64,000 nt of DNA from an uncultured virus (IMG/VR IMGVR_UViG_3300021961_010831) (lineage: Duplodnaviria > Heunggongvirae > Uroviricota > Caudoviricetes): IMG/VR virus record IMGVR_UViG_3300021961_010831; one strand, given 5' to 3'. The translations under genes were made by a program, and so were the position numbers. Positions 9,701 to 19,000 of this stretch are shown piece by piece. The notes below the pieces were generated by a model. The model made no database searches, was not told the origin of the DNA, and saw only the letters and a list, made by a program, of their open reading frames with translations. Each line of letters opens with the position of its first letter. The first letter of the stretch is position 1.

Positions 9701-11687
9701 ATGTTTCATTGAAACTTGGCGTCGTATCCTCAGAGAAGGTTAAATCATATGGTGGGAACCACATAACTCTACCCCCGTTGGGACCTTTTTCACAGGACGG
9801 AAGGTCATTATATCTAAAACCAGGACGACTACCAGTCCTCCAAGCTAAGTTCTCGATTGAGAACATGTATTTGGTAACCTTTCCATCTATTATATTGGTT
9901 GAGTCTTCACCCTTTGTAGGGCTGATATTCAAATTGAATGTTGAATCCAAAATAGAATATTTGAACTTTCTGATATTACCTTCATATTTTTGAAGATCGG
10001 AAAAAGTGTAATATGGAGTATCTTTGGTAAAAATTCTACAATATTCTATTCCCACGTTTTCTTGGCCATCGGAATATTTGATAACTTGAGAACCTTTGGT
10101 GATTTCCTTATAACCATCAAAGAATACTTTGGAAGTCTGATCAATAGCATTACCTACGTGTCCAAATCTTGCTCCTGTATTTGGTACTGAATCTATCAAT
10201 CTTTGGGTGTCGTCCATAATGGACCCCTGTTTGAAAGAATAATTAACAGATTGTGTACCTTCAAATGGTCCCGAGATCAATGGATAATCCGGATCTTCCA
10301 ACCCATAATCACCACCTGGTTTTTGTCTTCTACCCGAATTTGGTGCCCACTTTCCATTTACCCATGTGAATCCACCCGACAGACTTCCATCATCTTCAAA
10401 TGCCCTACCAGCAAGACCAAATTGGAAATTCTGATCTACACCCTCATATTCTTTACTCAATATATCTGGTCCATAAACAGGTGCTAGCACTTGTTGTCCA
10501 AATGGATCAATTGGTACTTCACCAGGAGGAGATACCAAATAATTTGGTTCTCTTTCGGGACTTCCAACATAATACAACCCCGCACCGTTATCCGATGCAA
10601 ATGCCGCTCTGATGGCGTTACCCAAAGCCGAAATTATTCCCGTTCCACCAGTATTATATTGTGGTCTATATCTGTTGAGATCTAAGTTTGAGGTGAGTTG
10701 TGCTCTCTGACCTGCACCTGTGTAGTCTAAAAATACTTGTGAAGGGGATTTAGGTCTTGAACCACGTAATCCAAAAAGACCCCCAACAATTCTTGCTGTC
10801 AAACCACCTTGTGATTGTGCTAAAGATTGTGTGGTATCAAAATCTCTTTGTATATTATCTTGTTCAAAATAATCCCCTGGAATTGGTGAGAACGGTAATG
10901 TGAATCCCGCAATTCTTTGTACAATATCTTGACCTTGTGATAGAATATTTCCACCACCTGAAGTAATTTTCCAATCTCTATCTATAATTGGTCTTCTTCC
11001 TGCTAATATTTGAGATAAATTTACAGGGTCCTGAAGACCATTTAAAATGTTTACTCTACCAATCGTTTCTGATTTTACATTTTGATTTACTCGTTGTTGG
11101 AAACTGTATTTTGCTCTCTCCGCAGCAATTTGCATCATTCGAGAATCTTGTGAAACAACACCTGAATCACCTGCAGGATCTTCTTGTAATAAAATGGAAT
11201 ATGGTGAATATAAGGAAGGTGTGAAACTAGGTGGTTCCCAATAAGTCGCGTTCTTTTGTTCTTTGATAATATCACCGATATCATAGTATCGAATATATCC
11301 AATATCGGGGGTATATTCATTTTTGATATATTGACGTTTTTGAAATGTTACAGAATATAACTCTAAGGCGTCTGTGTAAGGAGGATATGAACCGTAGGGT
11401 CCTTGATTCGGTGTGTTTTGCACAGTAGATATAAGTCCCGAAATATCTGTGTTGTATCCACCATACGGACCAAATTCATTTTTTACCCCTAAAACATTTA
11501 CAAACGGATTAGCATCAATTAAGACATTGGGGGAGTCTAGTACGTTATAATCATTTTGAAGTAATTCACCTGTAGCTGGCTGTGATTGAGGAGCAAACAC
11601 ACCTGGTTTGGAATATGGTTTCAAATTCCTGAGCAATAATTTTTCTCTTATTGCTTTTGTTGCTGCAAATGATAAGCTACTTGGCAT
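6762..11687 (-). CDS. Large baseplate/tail-tube-initiator protein with inserted OmpA-like domain (1641 aa)
   Basis: Tube-initiator-like segments (FPPYDLTFSEDTTPSFNETSFLGRPEPIYTY; PPVLVLRIGDFYNTKII..SINFTY) flank an OmpA-C-like motif (FYFDND...IGSASS...YNEKLSSRRISSV); lies just downstream of the tape measure gene. Confidence 0.65.
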   Translation of the reverse strand: MPSSLSFAATKAIREKLLLRNLKPYSKPGVFAPQSQPATGELLQNDYNVLDSPNVLIDANPFVNVLGVKNEFGPYGGYNTDISGLISTVQNTPNQGPYGSYPPYTDALELYSVTFQKRQYIKNEYTPDIGYIRYYDIGDIIKEQKNATYWEPPSFTPSLYSPYSILLQEDPAGDSGVVSQDSRMMQIAAERAKYSFQQRVNQNVKSETIGRVNILNGLQDPVNLSQILAGRRPIIDRDWKITSGGGNILSQGQDIVQRIAGFTLPFSPIPGDYFEQDNIQRDFDTTQSLAQSQGGLTARIVGGLFGLRGSRPKSPSQVFLDYTGAGQRAQLTSNLDLNRYRPQYNTGGTGIISALGNAIRAAFASDNGAGLYYVGSPEREPNYLVSPPGEVPIDPFGQQVLAPVYGPDILSKEYEGVDQNFQFGLAGRAFEDDGSLSGGFTWVNGKWAPNSGRRQKPGGDYGLEDPDYPLISGPFEGTQSVNYSFKQGSIMDDTQRLIDSVPNTGARFGHVGNAIDQTSKVFFDGYKEITKGSQVIKYSDGQENVGIEYCRIFTKDTPYYTFSDLQKYEGNIRKFKYSILDSTFNLNISPTKGEDSTNIIDGKVTKYMFSIENLAWRTGSRPGFRYNDLPSCEKGPNGGRVMWFPPYDLTFSEDTTPSFNETSFLGRPEPIYTYKSTQRSGSLKWKIIVDHPSILNLIVQKVLANEGDRPKVDSIVNSFFAGCKKYDIYELAKIYNTIPMTELQAWQEVINNPKTTNEQYKDAVNFLQQQETVVPTGGGTGPSASEQISADFLVAYEKNGFYFDNDIPGTNPSLTTSTNFQDTYNTYTSASNKQVYQSRANQKTGVELFFQDTVEQNYAQIQELGTKIYNILEQKQAQKIVVDLIGSASSPQTVEYNEKLSSRRISSVENFFNSFQFPGGKSLKKFIDEGKVVFTRNPQGEQSRATPRAGNITLGPFSCTQDLTGNDKIYSVDAMACRAVIVNKITIEPVITQPEPNNVGVSAQLLEDGKKIQPEKPGTGNTQALQQPTQYLYKGASKKLLRYLLSECDYFEVMKVANPFIYDSIKEKIKYFQPAFHSMTPEGLNSRLTFLQQCTRPGDTIPTIGPDGEKLYNDATNTAFGAPPVLVLRIGDFYNTKIIPKSINFTYDKTFDMNPEGIGFQPMIVDVSMSFNFVGGMGLKNPIDTLQNALSFNYYANTEMYDERAEATEDTTKLDKEIIQAIQNQTPVVGAKNVQNGLSTDGGNTIGTQSVTGQTSSGVTGTLSYKTFMDGMVDQTKDYFNAGLIYFENILNNYNYGILSLVNDTSGKNVGYNTGVINGNTTAIIGKSLQVQKNLDNSFTKLISAIDGNDIPIFDDNVFKNPMITVAQKRLFKKNYKDFINTYKNNFADGISENISTVVQNQQNLVFNFDRLNFLLAGPAATNGYDGKVSKQNIAEIFITTGTTETFNGGTVNTYTQLGVDATTLATNINDYVTQLQNAEIYVGNAYDKSSGAYTPPPSENLTNTLLPTDDAKLEYMMMSKAMLQGNKQNFLNALKTGLDQATQNAVDFYYDGLGNASSRYSVWKKIYDQNKTLIPTFKTSTVGLSFVEYTPSFGKTQERVTIFETTLTAPNNIKNTLQNIYLAKNDTSQINPYNFKRKFN

Positions 11688-11728
11688 CCTTTTTACGTAT
11701 TACTATAAATAGGATAATATGAATTTTT

Positions 11729-13561
11729 TTATGCTGTGTTTGGTAAAGCGGCGTAGTTGTTTTGAGACAAGGCTTGTTGAATGACCATTTGTGTTTGTTT
11801 TTGGAACGTAGGATTTTTAAATAGATCGTAAGCCATCTGGTCAGTCACCACTACGGCTTGTGGTGTTCCTGTTGGAGTGGTTAGAGTCACGTTTAAATTT
11901 CCTTGATATTTGATGTCAGCAAATTCAACCACAGTTTTGGTGGCAGCCTTTTCTAATTTTTCAAGTTGTGGTTGTACGATATCTACACTATAATTTTGAA
12001 TTTTTTCTGTGACAGAAGATACCGCATCATATATTTTCACTGAAGCGTCGTATATTATATTTCCTGATGATGTGTATTTTTCGATCGACTCACTCCAATT
12101 CGTATTTGTAAAAATATCAGTAATTCTTCCAAATCCTTGAGCCACTCCTTCAGTGGTCTGTGATACTGTTTGAGCTAGCTCCGCAAACGATCCCTCACCA
12201 CTTATAAGATTTACTAACGCACTACTATTTTTTTCCAAAGCACGGTTAACAGATTCTATACCAGCTCGTTGGTTCCCAACTGATTTGTCAGTTGCCTCTG
12301 TTGCTCCCATTAAGATTCCTCGAGCAATTTCTCTTGGGTCGGTCGCAATCCTTGATGCCGCTGTTGGTGCTGCTAATGAATCAACCAGTTTCTGTAATAG
12401 AGCCGTTTGTAGCTCATCTTCAGTAAGTTGAGCTCTTGATAAGTCCTCCAAAGTAACCGGTTGGTTTTGTAATTGATCAAGGTCCCCTTGAGTAAGTTCC
12501 GTTACCAATTTTTCATCTTTTCCTATCTTTACTGTAAAACCACCACGATCTTGATTATACTGTGCTAAGTTAGATATGAACATTTTGGATTCTTCATCAA
12601 TACCTTGTATTCTAAAATCTTTAGCAATCATGTTGAGTTTTTGCTGGGAAACAGACATCTTTATAAGCTCATCATAAGCAATACCAGTTTCTTGAGCAAT
12701 TTCTCTCAAATCTCTTTTGGCGTTCGGGAAAACTTTAAATGACTTGGTTTTTTCATCAAAATATGTCATTGATGAGGTCATTTTTACCACTTGATTCTGT
12801 AATTCTTCAACATCTTCAGATGCCAAATACATCAATCTGAATGGGTCTGCCAAATCACCAACCGCAACCCCTAACCTTTGGAAGGCCGCTACCGCATTTA
12901 TAGCACCTTCGGGACTGAACACTCTTTCAGCAAAAGTGAATATTTTAGTCATGTCGGTCCTCATCATAGCCGCTTTTGCCGCCATACTTGCTAATCCAGC
13001 ACTTCCTCTTTCGAACCCGAATTCATTTAAGGCCCCAAGATTTTTTTGTACAAGTTCGAAAACTGCACCAGTATTGACACCTATAGACCTAGCAATATTA
13101 ACCGTTTCTTGCATTCGATCTCTAATGAGACCAACTTGTATACCAGCATCTTGGAAGGATCCGACCATCTCCCCCACTTTGTCACTACTAACCCCTACAG
13201 CATTGGCGGCAACAAACAAATCTTGAGTTGTCTCTCCTAATAAAATGAGATTTGTGTTGAGTGCCTCAGCGATGGACTCCTGAATATTGAAAACGTCTTG
13301 TAAATCCCCTCCCAGTCCAACGACTCCTGGTGTTGCTATAGCGAGTTCTTCTCGAAGACCTACAATAGCTTTTTGAGTCTGACCTAGTTCTGACGCAAAT
13401 CTTGCATTAAAACTTGTGAAATCCCTTTCTAATGCTGCTGCTCTAGTTCCTATAGTAGCTACCGTGTTATCTACAGCAGTTTGTAATTGAGCAATAATTT
13501 TGTCTACTAACCCTGGATTTACAGGATTTGGGTTGGGTTGTGATCCTCCTTGGTTTTGCAT
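11729..13561 (-). CDS. Tail tape measure protein (610 aa)
   Basis: Ala/Gln/Leu-rich helical composition; canonical position after tube and chaperone genes. Confidence 0.75.
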   Translation of the reverse strand: MQNQGGSQPNPNPVNPGLVDKIIAQLQTAVDNTVATIGTRAAALERDFTSFNARFASELGQTQKAIVGLREELAIATPGVVGLGGDLQDVFNIQESIAEALNTNLILLGETTQDLFVAANAVGVSSDKVGEMVGSFQDAGIQVGLIRDRMQETVNIARSIGVNTGAVFELVQKNLGALNEFGFERGSAGLASMAAKAAMMRTDMTKIFTFAERVFSPEGAINAVAAFQRLGVAVGDLADPFRLMYLASEDVEELQNQVVKMTSSMTYFDEKTKSFKVFPNAKRDLREIAQETGIAYDELIKMSVSQQKLNMIAKDFRIQGIDEESKMFISNLAQYNQDRGGFTVKIGKDEKLVTELTQGDLDQLQNQPVTLEDLSRAQLTEDELQTALLQKLVDSLAAPTAASRIATDPREIARGILMGATEATDKSVGNQRAGIESVNRALEKNSSALVNLISGEGSFAELAQTVSQTTEGVAQGFGRITDIFTNTNWSESIEKYTSSGNIIYDASVKIYDAVSSVTEKIQNYSVDIVQPQLEKLEKAATKTVVEFADIKYQGNLNVTLTTPTGTPQAVVVTDQMAYDLFKNPTFQKQTQMVIQQALSQNNYAALPNTA

Positions 13562-13594
13562 AATAAAATTACCTGACTTCTATAAATAGAACCA

Positions 13595-13747
13595 TCAATC
13601 TTTTTTTTGTGATTCTATTATTTTGTCAACTAAATACCTTCTTGCATATGTTGGAATATTATGATATTCCGACCATGAAACACCAATATTTTTCGCTAAG
13701 AATAAGAATTCATCTAATTTATATCTTCGGTAATCAGAAGAAAACTC
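13595..13747 (-). CDS. Start-less 50-aa ORF, probable frameshift extension of the tail assembly chaperone (gpT/gp51-like)
   Basis: +1 frame relative to the upstream chaperone: EFSSDYRRYKLDEFLFLAKNIGVSWSEYHNIPTYARRYLVDKIIESQKKD*. No ATG/GTG/TTG after the upstream in-frame TAG; overlaps the slippery GAA TTT TTT CGA. Confidence 0.7.
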   Translation of the reverse strand, partial: EFSSDYRRYKLDEFLFLAKNIGVSWSEYHNIPTYARRYLVDKIIESQKKD

Positions 13748-14483
13748 GAAAAAATTCTGCCCCGAAAGTGATCTCTACATCCACTTTTTCTCCTGACGGG
13801 GCAATAACGGATCTTCTAAGATCCAATCTTGGTTCATTTTCGTCCAAGAATCTTTTTATGAATTTGGAATCCATGATAGGTAATCCCTCAATGAATTTTG
13901 CGATTTGTTGGGGTGTAGTGTCACCGTTTACTGAAACAATTTGTTTTTGTAATTTCCAAGTAACCTTCGGAGCAACTCTCCCTGTGGGATAAGTGTCTAC
14001 CATTTTATTTATCTCAACAAGTTCCTTATATGTTAAAGGTCTGATTTTTACATTCACCTGAGATTTAGGTAAAGTGACGGAAAAACATCCATCTTCGTCA
14101 GGTTCTTGTTGTACTTTCTGAATATCCAACTCATCCAATTGAATTTCACTTGGGAATTTTTTTCCTGTTACGGGATCTGTTACTTGTATCTTATATTCAC
14201 TTCCGAAAGATGTGTTACGTAAAAATATGAGAATTGCCTCAATGTCTCCATTTAACATATCGTCAGGTCGAAGGTCCGGTTCATAAATTTTTGCTCTGAG
14301 TAGAGACATAATCATTTCCTCCGCCTTTGCGGCCATAATTATATTTTCATCCGCAGCTGTCAAGTATCCTACTTTAACACTTTTCTTTTTGTTTTTATAA
14401 AATTTTCCTTCAGACGGTAGTTTCACCACATCATGTGGTAGTGAAAAGTCTTGCTGTCCGTACATTTTTACATCATTTTCCAT
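13734..14483 (-). CDS. Tail assembly chaperone / baseplate hub assembly protein (T4 gp26-like)
   Basis: VVKLPSEGKFY, GDIEAILIFLRNTSFGSEY, TLPKS..VKIRPLT, C-terminal FF; between tube and tape measure. Likely start is ATG at 14483 rather than GTG at 14495. Confidence 0.75.
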   Translation of the reverse strand: MENDVKMYGQQDFSLPHDVVKLPSEGKFYKNKKKSVKVGYLTAADENIIMAAKAEEMIMSLLRAKIYEPDLRPDDMLNGDIEAILIFLRNTSFGSEYKIQVTDPVTGKKFPSEIQLDELDIQKVQQEPDEDGCFSVTLPKSQVNVKIRPLTYKELVEINKMVDTYPTGRVAPKVTWKLQKQIVSVNGDTTPQQIAKFIEGLPIMDSKFIKRFLDENEPRLDLRRSVIAPSGEKVDVEITFGAEFFRVFF

Positions 14484-14515
14484 AAAAAAAAACACAGGGG
14501 TTTAGTCCCTGTGTT
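14484..14515 (-). terminator. Intrinsic terminator-like hairpin downstream of the tube gene
   Basis: Minus strand AACACAGGG-actaaac-CCCTGTGTT followed by a U-run. Confidence 0.65.
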
Positions 14516-14562
14516 AATTATACCATGATTTGTTTATTAATCAACAATAAAAAGTAAATACC

Positions 14563-15051
14563 TTAGTAAACCAAGATACAACGGTCCATTTGAAGTGTTG
14601 CATCGAGGGTTGCCAATGTATCTTGACCGTAGTTTGCTTCAGACCAAGCGGTCTTTGTGATCATTGTACCTTCCAAAATCCATTTTTCCACAACAACTCC
14701 TGTTGGGTCTAACATTTCAAGGTCAACGTTTTTCTTATATCCTGCTGCGTAACCCATACGACCAGTTACTGATTCAGCATGTAAACGAACCCACTCCATA
14801 AGAGCTTGAGTTGCTGAAGGTCCGATTGGGTCGCGGAACTTAACGTTAATTGTATTCCATTTAAATCTACCCGCAACAAATGTTGATGTATTCAAAAATG
14901 GGATCTCAACAGGATTGATATCAATACTTGGACGGCCCGTTGATTCAACGAACCATTCATTTATACCCAACGTAGAATCAAAACGAAGGATAAATCTGTT
15001 GGATCTTTTTGGTTCATAGGGAACCGGCATTTTCATTAATAAGTCTGCCAT
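14563..15051 (-). CDS. Tail tube protein (T4 gp19-like)
   Basis: EPKRSNRF, VESTGRPSI, AGRFKWNTINVKFRDPI, YKKNVDLEMLDPTGVVVEKWILEG. Confidence 0.9.
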   Translation of the reverse strand: MADLLMKMPVPYEPKRSNRFILRFDSTLGINEWFVESTGRPSIDINPVEIPFLNTSTFVAGRFKWNTINVKFRDPIGPSATQALMEWVRLHAESVTGRMGYAAGYKKNVDLEMLDPTGVVVEKWILEGTMITKTAWSEANYGQDTLATLDATLQMDRCILVY

Positions 15052-15149
15052 GGTATGTTATTTTTTTTTGTCTTTTTATTTTGTTTATTTATAAATACTG
15101 CCGTTTGAAATTTTTTCTCTTTACTTTGATTTTCAAAAATTTATTCTCT

Positions 15150-15962
15150 CTAATACCTAGTCTTAATACCACCAGCAGTAGAATAAGTCTTTAAACTAGG
15201 TTCATCTTCAAAATGTTTTTTCATAACTTCTACATTTCTTATATCGTCATCTGAAAATCCTATTTGAGGTATAAATTTGTTCTTTACTTCATCTTTTACA
15301 TATACTTTTTGTCCTAGTTTTTTTGCTTCGTTTTTAACGTGAGATATAAATTCTTTCATCGCAGCAACTTTTAACTCCTCAGGACTTGAAGCACCTTCAT
15401 CTTGATTAAATGAAACGGGATAGAATTTTAATAGATCCATATATTCACGGATCATGTCTTGTTTCCCTTTTTTTTCATCACCCACGAAGTCACGGAATTT
15501 TTTAAGATTCTTAATTAATAGATCTTTATTCAAACCCATATGATCAGATACTATCATATTATAAACCGCCTCTTTTATTGTATTTGGATTGTGACCCCTT
15601 GCAGTGATTATCGAAAAAATTGAACCGTTGTTTACGGCTTCTACAAAATCCGCCCAAGCAGGACCGGGTTTAGCTTTCATTGAATCAATCAAAAATTGTT
15701 TGTCACCTTTCGTTGTAAAGTTTCTGAATGGGTCTGATGCATAACCTTTTATCTGTTTACCTTGGTACTCAAAAGGTTCCTTTCCTATTTGAGTTCTGTA
15801 TTCAGCAAAATCTTCAGTTGACATCCCAACCTCATCACCATCTTTGGATTGAACTATAATTTTAGTTGGCATATACATAAGGTTGTCATCCCAATCAAAA
15901 GCGTAGTATTTGAGAGTAGGTACTCCCAAATCATCAAATCCTTCTTTTATTGTTTTATTCAT
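15150..15962 (-). CDS. HAD-superfamily phosphatase-like protein
   Basis: Motif I AFDWDDNL, motif II IITARGH, conserved Lys, motif IV GFSDDD. Confidence 0.7.
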   Translation of the reverse strand: MNKTIKEGFDDLGVPTLKYYAFDWDDNLMYMPTKIIVQSKDGDEVGMSTEDFAEYRTQIGKEPFEYQGKQIKGYASDPFRNFTTKGDKQFLIDSMKAKPGPAWADFVEAVNNGSIFSIITARGHNPNTIKEAVYNMIVSDHMGLNKDLLIKNLKKFRDFVGDEKKGKQDMIREYMDLLKFYPVSFNQDEGASSPEELKVAAMKEFISHVKNEAKKLGQKVYVKDEVKNKFIPQIGFSDDDIRNVEVMKKHFEDEPSLKTYSTAGGIKTRY

Positions 15963-15980
15963 AAATTATTTAAAGGCTAA

Positions 15981-16000
15981 GGTGGGGATTTCTCCCCACC
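15981..16000. terminator. Strong hairpin after the sheath gene (terminator or mRNA stabiliser)
   Basis: GGTGGGGA-tttc-TCCCCACC perfect 8-bp stem (GAAA tetraloop on the minus strand); T-run on the plus side. Confidence 0.65.
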
Positions 16001-16010
16001 ATTTTTTTTA

Positions 16011-19000
16011 TTAGATATTCTCAAACGAAGCACCAGTTGGGGTGATCAAGAATTCGATATCGATGAATTCAAGAGCCTTTGTTGGTTTCAAGTAAATCTT
16101 ACCTGTCATCGTATTTCTATCCAAGTCAGCAGGATCATTAGAAACTGTTACTCTAAAGTCGTAAAGACCACGGTCTCTTCTGATTGCGTCTAAGATAGGG
16201 TTGACTGAGTCAAGGAAGTCTTGTCTAACTTTAGCGTCATTTTGTTCAAACAATAATCTTACCGCTACAGCCGATATCAACTTACGTGCTTGTAGTAACA
16301 ATCTTCTTACGTTGATTCTGTTGAGAGCAGTGTCTGCAATCTGAAGAGTCTTGTTACCCCAAATAACTGTACCTACGTCAGAGAAAGTAGCAATCGGATT
16401 GATACGACCTTGATAAAGAGTGTCTCTTTGGTCTTGAGTTAGCTTGATACGTGCCTTGATAGCATTTACCAAACCTCTTGTGTAACCCGCCGTAGCGAAC
16501 CAAGGGAAAGAAATGTTATCTGTAAGAGCCAAGTTTCTACATACCTCATTTGTTGGTGGAATGTAGATCTGAGTGTTATTTACAGTATCACGAGTCAAAA
16601 TCCAAGGATAGTAAGTCGCTGTGTAGTTTGAGTCAATACCCGTATTGTTCAAGTTATCTACAGCCTCAGTAGGAGGAACGATATTATCCGTATTTGTTGG
16701 AAGAAGTAAGTTACAATCAGGAGTAGTCACGATGTATAGTGAGTCAGCTCTTTGGTAAGTTACCATATCAATAGCCTGTTCTACCAAGTTCGAGTTGTTG
16801 ATATAATCAATACCTGGTGTTGCAAACACGTTGATGTTTACCGCTTCAGGATTATTGAATGTAGAGATACCCAACAAGTAAGCGTAATAGTCAGATGTAG
16901 AGAATTCCGCAAATCCGTCTTGTGCGATCAATTTGAATGCTCCCCATCCATCTGCAAGTGGATAACGTGTTGACTGACAAGCGCCTCTCTGCCACAAAGA
17001 ACCACCAATTTGGTATCTGTCGTCATTAGTTCTATATTCACGGTAGATATCCCAACCATCAAAACCTCCTTGAAGAAGGAACGCAAACTTACGAGACTGA
17101 ATAGTGTAGTAAGGGTTTGCAGGATCTTGTGGGTCAGATTGGAATGAAGTATCACCACAATCAAACGCCGGTGTACCCGCAGTAGGACCTGCAGTGATTG
17201 TTACAACGGTTGCTCCCGAATCCATGTGGAAACCCTTAGTGACGTAATTCCAAGGTAATGCATCAACATTACAAAGATTACTAGGAGCTTGTTTTCCTTT
17301 GTATTGGAAAAAGTCTGGATCGTAACCAATAGAAGAAGAAATTCCTAAGAACGTACGTCTTATGTTATCACCAGGTGACAAAATTTGGTTAGGTCCATAA
17401 GGAATGTTGAAAGGTGGATTACCAATAACTTCCCCAGGATAGTTGTATGCTGTTTTGTAGACTGGATATGGAGGTTGTGCTGATGCGTAAGAACGAATAA
17501 CATAACCTTCGAATCCAGCCGGAACTGACGTAGGATCAACCTTATCATTCAATTCCAACATAATGTATTTTGAAAGAAGTGCGTACTCACCATCCGCAGT
17601 ACCGATTTTTACACCGACATAACTGTTACTTGACGGATCCATAGTACATTGTGTGAATTTTTCCAAATAAACAGGATTAGAGTCAGTGTCATAGAAACTT
17701 CTAACACCCACGTCAAACGAAGAATTATTGAACGAAATGTTTTCGATGCTAATTTTGATTTGTGCATTTGCACCATTACCATCAGCAATTGATATAATTC
17801 TAAACAACCTATCAACAGAAGTACCATTCAATTCTGATACTACCCATGGAGACTCAGCATCTTGGTATTTTTCGACGTAGTTAGCAATTGTTGCCGTGTT
17901 AGGACTATATCTCAATCCAGGAAGTGCTAAAGGAGCACATTGTAATCCACGAATAAATCCTTGGTTGTAACCGTAATTCAACATATTTTGGAATTGTTCT
18001 TCAATAAACAATGGAACCTCATTTCTTGGTTTTCCGAAATTAGTTGTTCCAAATACTTTGGTAATGTAGTTTGCATCACCAGAATTCATAGAAGTTGCAA
18101 ATGAGAAATCCGTACCGTCCGCAGTCACACCCGATAAATTGAATGTTGCGTAAGGATTGAAAGTAATACCGGAATATATACCAGAACAATCAATGATAAC
18201 ATCAGTAGTACCAGTCACAGTATAAGACGGACCATGTTGTCCTGTTGCATACAAAGATATACCACGAGATCTCCATGTTGCAACAACTAAGTCACCCCAT
18301 CCATCATATGCGGTACCTACGTAATTGAATACTGAACCTGAAACGGTACCTGAGAAACATCCCGAAGGACCAAATGGAACTAAAGTATCAACAAGAGAAA
18401 CGAATGAATAACCGGAATAACCAGTACCACCTGTCAAATCAAAGTTTGAGTAATACCAAGAGTCGTTATTTGGAGACGTATAGTCCGCCGTAGATTCTGA
18501 CAAACCAGAAACGCCAAAAACGTTTGTCGACGCAGTATAAGTTGGTGAAAGAGCATTGTATGTAGCGTCGGAAATAGTTCCGAAGTAAGCAGCTGATGTA
18601 CCCGAAGATGAAGGAAGATCTAGAATCCCTTGTAGGAAGTCAGACAAATCATCTTCGATTGTACTTTCACCCCCATTCAACATTGGATAGGGACTGTTTA
18701 GGTTTGTTAAAATTTGAGGTGCAAAAGCTCCATCAGTTGTAAAGGTAACTGCTGTACCACCGCTACATCCTGTAAATCCAATACTGAAAGGAGTCTCGAC
18801 ACCATCCAAAGTTACTGTTGATGGGTCGACGTTTGCTACGGTCAACAAAGACCAAGAAGGACCAGCATCATATCCAGAAAGACCAAGTACACGAGTTACA
18901 AATAATTGGTTAGATTGTTGTAGGTACGACTTAGCAATATATGCTAACTCATATTTAGGAATTTGTGTGTTTTCAAATTTTTCGGGAAGAGTTCCACCGA

